IMG/VR virus record: IMGVR_UViG_3300025671_000322
Location: 1 to 30,718 of that record
DNA from: a virus
Taxonomy: Duplodnaviria > Caudoviricetes
Reading direction: 5' to 3' (one strand)
Length of the DNA: 30,718 nucleotides
How positions within the stretch are numbered: position 1 is the first letter of the stretch; each line of letters begins with the position of its first letter. The translations under genes and the position numbers were made by a program. This document shows, piece after piece, positions 27,216 through 30,718 of the stretch. Below the pieces are notes generated by a model, which worked only from the letters and a program-made list of their open reading frames with translations, did not search any database and had not been told where the DNA came from.

Positions 27216-27282
27216 AGGATATAAGAATTAAAATTATTGTTGATGATATTAATAAAGACATTATCATCAACACTGTTTTCAT
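27190..27282 (-). CDS. Candidate 30-aa single-pass membrane peptide
   Basis: MKTVLMIMSLLISSTIILILISYVIRSKKN. ATG overlaps the holin TGA (ATGA) and the 3' end overlaps the endolysin start by 26 nt. Confidence 0.45.
   Translation of the reverse strand: MKTVLMIMSLLISSTIILILISYVIRSKKN
27238..27272. other. Inverted repeat/hairpin between holin and endolysin
   Basis: tgttgatgata (27238-27248) and tatcatcaaca (27262-27272) are perfect 11-bp complements with a 13-nt spacer and no U-tract. Confidence 0.6.
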
Positions 27283-27701
27283 TTTGTTATATTAGATGCT
27301 TCTTCTTTTGCTCTTGTAACAAAAGAACGTAGAGACTTTAATATATTTACCCCTGTAACATCTTTATAACTTTCATTTATAGATAATATCTCAACAAAAA
27401 CACATCCTAGTGCAACAACCTTTGTCATAATTAATTCAATAGATATAAAATGTGCAACCAAATCAGCAGCTATGAACTTCTCTATCAAATAAACAAATGT
27501 TATAGCTAGTGAATAAAGTAATGACTTTGAAATTGTATGTGATAATCTTCTAGATCTAATTGCTTTCCATCCACCCTTCTTAACACTACGCCATATGCCA
27601 AATGCAGTGTCAATAAAAATAGACAACAAAGCTATGTATATCATTGGTTTTACTGGACTTAATACTGCCAAGAATGCACCAAGAGCTATCTTTGTTTTCA
27701 T
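27279..27701 (-). CDS. Holin (140 aa)
   Basis: About three hydrophobic segments, with IDTAFGIW.S.K, SRRLS.TISK and E..SINE motifs typical of a Bacteroidota phage holin family; adjacent to the amidase. Confidence 0.75.
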   Translation of the reverse strand: MKTKIALGAFLAVLSPVKPMIYIALLSIFIDTAFGIWRSVKKGGWKAIRSRRLSHTISKSLLYSLAITFVYLIEKFIAADLVAHFISIELIMTKVVALGCVFVEILSINESYKDVTGVNILKSLRSFVTRAKEEASNITK

Positions 27702-28144
27702 TTTGTTTTTTTACTTATGTATATAATAAGTAAAGTTAATAAAAAAATCAGAATTAAGTATTTATACTTATCGTACCAACGCTTCTTTTCATAGTACTTT
27801 ATAGGGATCTTTCTTTCTATAATTTTCTCGTAAGGGCGCTCTATATATATAGTATCACACTTGCCATCAACATATATACTATCTAACCTCCTGACTATCT
27901 TTATTTTCAATCTATCTTTCTCTAGATATACAGTGTCATATATGCTGTCTACATGCAAAACAGTGTCAGTCCTTACTTCAGGTATCTCAACTATTATAGT
28001 ATCTCTAATGGTGTCGTGAATAACCATTGTATCTGTAGTCAGTAATTCTGGATGTTTTTTTATCAGTCTGTTAAATCTAGACTGAGGACTACATGAAATA
28101 AATAGTGTTGTTAAAAATATATATGGTATTAATTTATAATACAT
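27698..28144 (-). CDS. Putative unimolecular spanin (lipoprotein with C-terminal TM helix, 148 aa)
   Basis: Signal peptide with lipobox-like LFISC (Cys18), DT(V/I/M) repeated beta segments, and C-terminal LILIFLLTLLIIYI followed by SKKTK; located in the lysis cassette. Confidence 0.65.
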   Translation of the reverse strand: MYYKLIPYIFLTTLFISCSPQSRFNRLIKKHPELLTTDTMVIHDTIRDTIIVEIPEVRTDTVLHVDSIYDTVYLEKDRLKIKIVRRLDSIYVDGKCDTIYIERPYEKIIERKIPIKYYEKKRWYDKYKYLILIFLLTLLIIYISKKTK

Positions 28145-29615
28145 ATGCTTGGTCTCCAGTTTTATCTGCTTCCTCCATATTCACACTTGTGGCATTGTTT
28201 CCTCCACTTCCTTGGTCAGTCAATGTCCAAGCACTTCCACTCCAAGTTGCTTCCTCGCCCATCCTCCACCAAGAGATTGGAGAAAGTGAACTGATATCTT
28301 GTGGAATTCCATTGTTGAATATAGTTTGTGCTTCTGTTAATCCTAATGCAGTTCCGAATATTGCAACTTCATCTAGGTTACCAATTAACTTTTGCGTAGT
28401 TGATGAGGTAAGTCTTCCTAATCTTAAACTTCTATTACCGTTATATAATGTTCTACCTTTACCTAATGCTGTTGCTTCTAATTGTCCATCTAAATATATT
28501 TTCAAATCTGTTCCATCATTAACACACATTAAATGATGCCATTGATTATCATCTATTGCAGTTGGAAAACTAACACTTTGATTATCTGTTATTGCATTTG
28601 AGTTTGGAAATACTGAAAAACTACCTCCCGAAGTATTTCTTAAATTAGCAGTGTTTACTTTAATACTCCATTGACTACCTACTGCTGCATATTCTCCTTT
28701 TGATAAAGGTGTATAATAATTTGTTGAAAATACTCTTGGTGCTTTTATCCAAAAACTAATAGTGATTGCAGATGTTAAACTTTGTATTGATGTAGGACTA
28801 CCAACTTCTACATACTCATCCACCCCATCAAAACTAAAACTATTCAAGCTGAATGAACTTGGACTGATTGGAAGTCTATCTCCCTCCTCCATATTCACAG
28901 AAGTTGCATCATTGCCTCCTGAGCCATTGTCAGTCAAAGTCCAGGTTGAGCCATTCCAAGTGTCTCCATCTCCCATCCTCCACCAACCTAATGGAGAAAG
29001 ACTTGTCAAATCTGTTGGAACACCACCATTGTAGATGCTTGATGCATTGCTTGATTGGTCACTATTCCATATTGAAACCTCGTCAATATTTCCCTCTAAT
29101 CTCCAATTTGCTCCTCCAGTTAAAGTTCCTATAGTTGTTTCTGTTGGAGCATAAGAATTGATTCCAGTGCTTGTTGCTGTTTTTTGAAATAAAGTTCCAT
29201 CAACATATAACTTCAAACCATTCGCATTTGTAGTTCCATCAAATGTAGCAAGTAAATGATGCCATTGTCCATCGTTAGGAACAATACCAGTGCTTGTGAT
29301 TGAACTTGAAGTTAAATTTGTATGGTAAACGTTAAAAACAAAATAATTGTATCCAGTACCTCTCCAAAACAAATTCCAATTTCTTTGTCCACCACCTGTG
29401 TTATCTTCACAAGCAATCACTTGGATGTTAGTTCCTCCTCCTCCTGTGTTAGTTGTAGGTATTTTCACCCAAGCAGAAACACTAATTGCAGAAGTTATTC
29501 CAAGACTTGTAGTTCCAACAGCAAAGCGCTCATCAACCCCATCAAAAGACATTGAGTATTCATTGACGAATGGAGTCCCTAATACATTTAATATGGTTCT
29601 GTAATTCTCGCTCAT
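28134..29615 (-). CDS. Tandem LamG/concanavalin A-like lectin domain protein, putative receptor-binding or fibre protein (493 aa)
   Basis: Two copies of S.SFDGVDE...IS.W(V/I)K...D.QWHHL...LK(L/I)Y(V/L)DG...GN(I/L)DEV.I...WWRMG. Confidence 0.85.
   Translation of the reverse strand: MSENYRTILNVLGTPFVNEYSMSFDGVDERFAVGTTSLGITSAISVSAWVKIPTTNTGGGGTNIQVIACEDNTGGGQRNWNLFWRGTGYNYFVFNVYHTNLTSSSITSTGIVPNDGQWHHLLATFDGTTNANGLKLYVDGTLFQKTATSTGINSYAPTETTIGTLTGGANWRLEGNIDEVSIWNSDQSSNASSIYNGGVPTDLTSLSPLGWWRMGDGDTWNGSTWTLTDNGSGGNDATSVNMEEGDRLPISPSSFSLNSFSFDGVDEYVEVGSPTSIQSLTSAITISFWIKAPRVFSTNYYTPLSKGEYAAVGSQWSIKVNTANLRNTSGGSFSVFPNSNAITDNQSVSFPTAIDDNQWHHLMCVNDGTDLKIYLDGQLEATALGKGRTLYNGNRSLRLGRLTSSTTQKLIGNLDEVAIFGTALGLTEAQTIFNNGIPQDISSLSPISWWRMGEEATWSGSAWTLTDQGSGGNNATSVNMEEADKTGDQAYVL
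28161..28997. repeat. Diverged 123-bp direct repeat (28161-28283 and 28875-28997) at the ends of the two LamG units
   Basis: Encodes SP..WWRMG...TW.GS.WTLTD.GSGGN.ATSVNMEE.D in both copies; many differences are synonymous. Confidence 0.8.
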
Positions 29616-29863
29616 TATTCTATTGGTTCACTCCACTCGTTTGATGCCATCAAGACAAGACATTCTTGATGTGTTAAAGTTTGTACAGGAACGACTGAGC
29701 CGTCCGTAATGAATGTAGGAACAGCATCCGAATTCCACTTGATGACAAACTGAGTGCCATCCAATGAATATCTCACTGTATCTCTATTCTGTGGAACTTG
29801 ACTGAAATCAACTTTGTCAATATCTGCTGTCAATATTATTCCGTAAACATCTGAAATTTGCAT
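29615..29863 (-). CDS. Small acidic protein (82 aa), coupled to the LamG gene
   Basis: TAATG overlap with the LamG gene start; VDFSQV...TVRYSLDGTQFVIKW sequence. Confidence 0.7.
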   Translation of the reverse strand: MQISDVYGIILTADIDKVDFSQVPQNRDTVRYSLDGTQFVIKWNSDAVPTFITDGSVVPVQTLTHQECLVLMASNEWSEPIE

Positions 29864-29880
29864 ATCTATTTTTTTATATA

Positions 29881-30132
29881 TTATTCAAAAGGTGGTGGTG
29901 TTGGTTTTGGCTCATAAGGAATCAAATCAAGGTCTTTAACCCAAAGAAAGTCAGGATTAACACACTGCTCCATTTCTTCTACTGATATAACCCAATTATC
30001 ATTGGCATCTTGAATAGGATTAAAATAAGAATCAGGTGCATACCATTGACCTACTAATTCGTCTTTTTGTACCTCAGTAAGTAAACCTACATAGGTTGAC
30101 TTTTGTTCTGCTGTTAAATCTGTTAGTTTCAT
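29881..30132 (-). CDS. Small acidic protein (83 aa), coupled to the upstream lectin-like gene
   Basis: ATGA overlap with the upstream stop; GLLT..QKDELVGQ.Y.PDSYFNPIQD sequence and Pro-rich C-terminus. Confidence 0.7.
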   Translation of the reverse strand: MKLTDLTAEQKSTYVGLLTEVQKDELVGQWYAPDSYFNPIQDANDNWVISVEEMEQCVNPDFLWVKDLDLIPYEPKPTPPPFE

Positions 30133-30716
30133 ACGTTTCTATTTAATGCGGTTTGAAATGCTTGAACTGCTGTGTAAAAGTTAGCTGCTTCGGTATCTGT
30201 TAAGCCGTCTCCTATTGAAGAAAATGCCAATTCTTTATTGTCATAATATGACCTAAGACCAGTACCAGTGTATTGTAAAGCAGATGATATATTTATTGTG
30301 AAACTATTTGTTGTTGCAATTGAATTGACATTAAAAGTATTAATAGTCGTATTTTTTATTATTTTCTGCTGAGTTGATGAATTTCTATTTCCTATATAAA
30401 AACCTCTTGAATCTAAATTACTGACTTGAGAAACTGAACCCGTATTATTTCTATGATTTGCGTTGCTTGAAGCAGTTTTGAGCCACATTGATAATTCAAA
30501 AGTTCCAGCTCCCCAGCAATTTCCAATAGCTAATCTACTCACAGCTGGAGCATCAGTTCTTGAATATACTGAAAGGTGCGTACTATTCAAAGCTAAATCA
30601 GTTCCTGTTTTTACAAATGTTTCTGCCCATCCGTTATTTCCGTTTGGCAAAGCACCTGTTGAACTATGTGTCCATCCACCACTAAAAACCAATCTAAATG
30701 CAGCATCTGTATCTTG
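30129..30716 (-). CDS. Putative lectin-like (LamG-related) fibre/adhesin protein, 5' end beyond the window
   Basis: The frame is open to the right edge (QDTDAAFRLVFSGGWTHS...), so the track's start at 30692 is not the real start. Ser/Thr/Asn-rich beta sequence ending FSSIGDGLTDTEA...YTAVQAFQT.L.R. Confidence 0.6.
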   Translation of the reverse strand, partial: QDTDAAFRLVFSGGWTHSSTGALPNGNNGWAETFVKTGTDLALNSTHLSVYSRTDAPAVSRLAIGNCWGAGTFELSMWLKTASSNANHRNNTGSVSQVSNLDSRGFYIGNRNSSTQQKIIKNTTINTFNVNSIATTNSFTINISSALQYTGTGLRSYYDNKELAFSSIGDGLTDTEAANFYTAVQAFQTALNRNV

Positions 30717-30718
30717 TG

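Noticed and set aside
27238-27272. Hairpin as an intrinsic terminator
   Set aside because: AT-rich stem, long loop and no adjacent U-tract on the coding strand.
28161-28997. Possible diversity-generating retroelement template/variable repeat pair
   Set aside because: Differences are not adenine-specific and many are synonymous (e.g. TCA versus AGT), both copies are coding, and no reverse transcriptase is present in the window.
83-29604. All plus-strand ORFs in the track
   Set aside because: They lie antisense to long, motif-bearing minus-strand genes (including the untracked giant ORF) and have Ser/Leu/Phe-rich shadow composition with no recognisable motifs.

Overview
This is an AT-rich, densely coding stretch of a tailed dsDNA bacteriophage genome, with every credible gene on the minus strand. 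In transcription order (right to left) it holds: lectin/LamG-type putative receptor-binding proteins with small partner genes; a lysis cassette (u-spanin-like lipoprotein, holin, amidase endolysin); small structural genes; a tandem GroES-like protein; putative small and clear large terminase; an 810-aa portal; a scaffold-like protein; a 477-aa major capsid protein; head-tail/ring proteins; a split tail stabilization (muzzle) protein; two putative ejection proteins; and a giant ORF of more than 2035 aa. Gene order and protein sizes match the crAss-like podovirus virion module. Seven TAnnTTTG promoter motifs, A-rich translation starts and a BACON-like domain point to a Bacteroidota host. The giant ORF is absent from the ORF track because it runs off the left edge. 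By manual translation it carries an ADP-ribosyltransferase-like domain, a HExxH zincin domain and a further unassigned domain. Manual reading also found three small untracked ORFs (a 30-aa membrane peptide in the lysis cassette, a 44-aa basic peptide and a truncated 53-aa adhesin gene at an apparent deletion scar). All functional calls come from motif recognition and gene context; no database searches were run.
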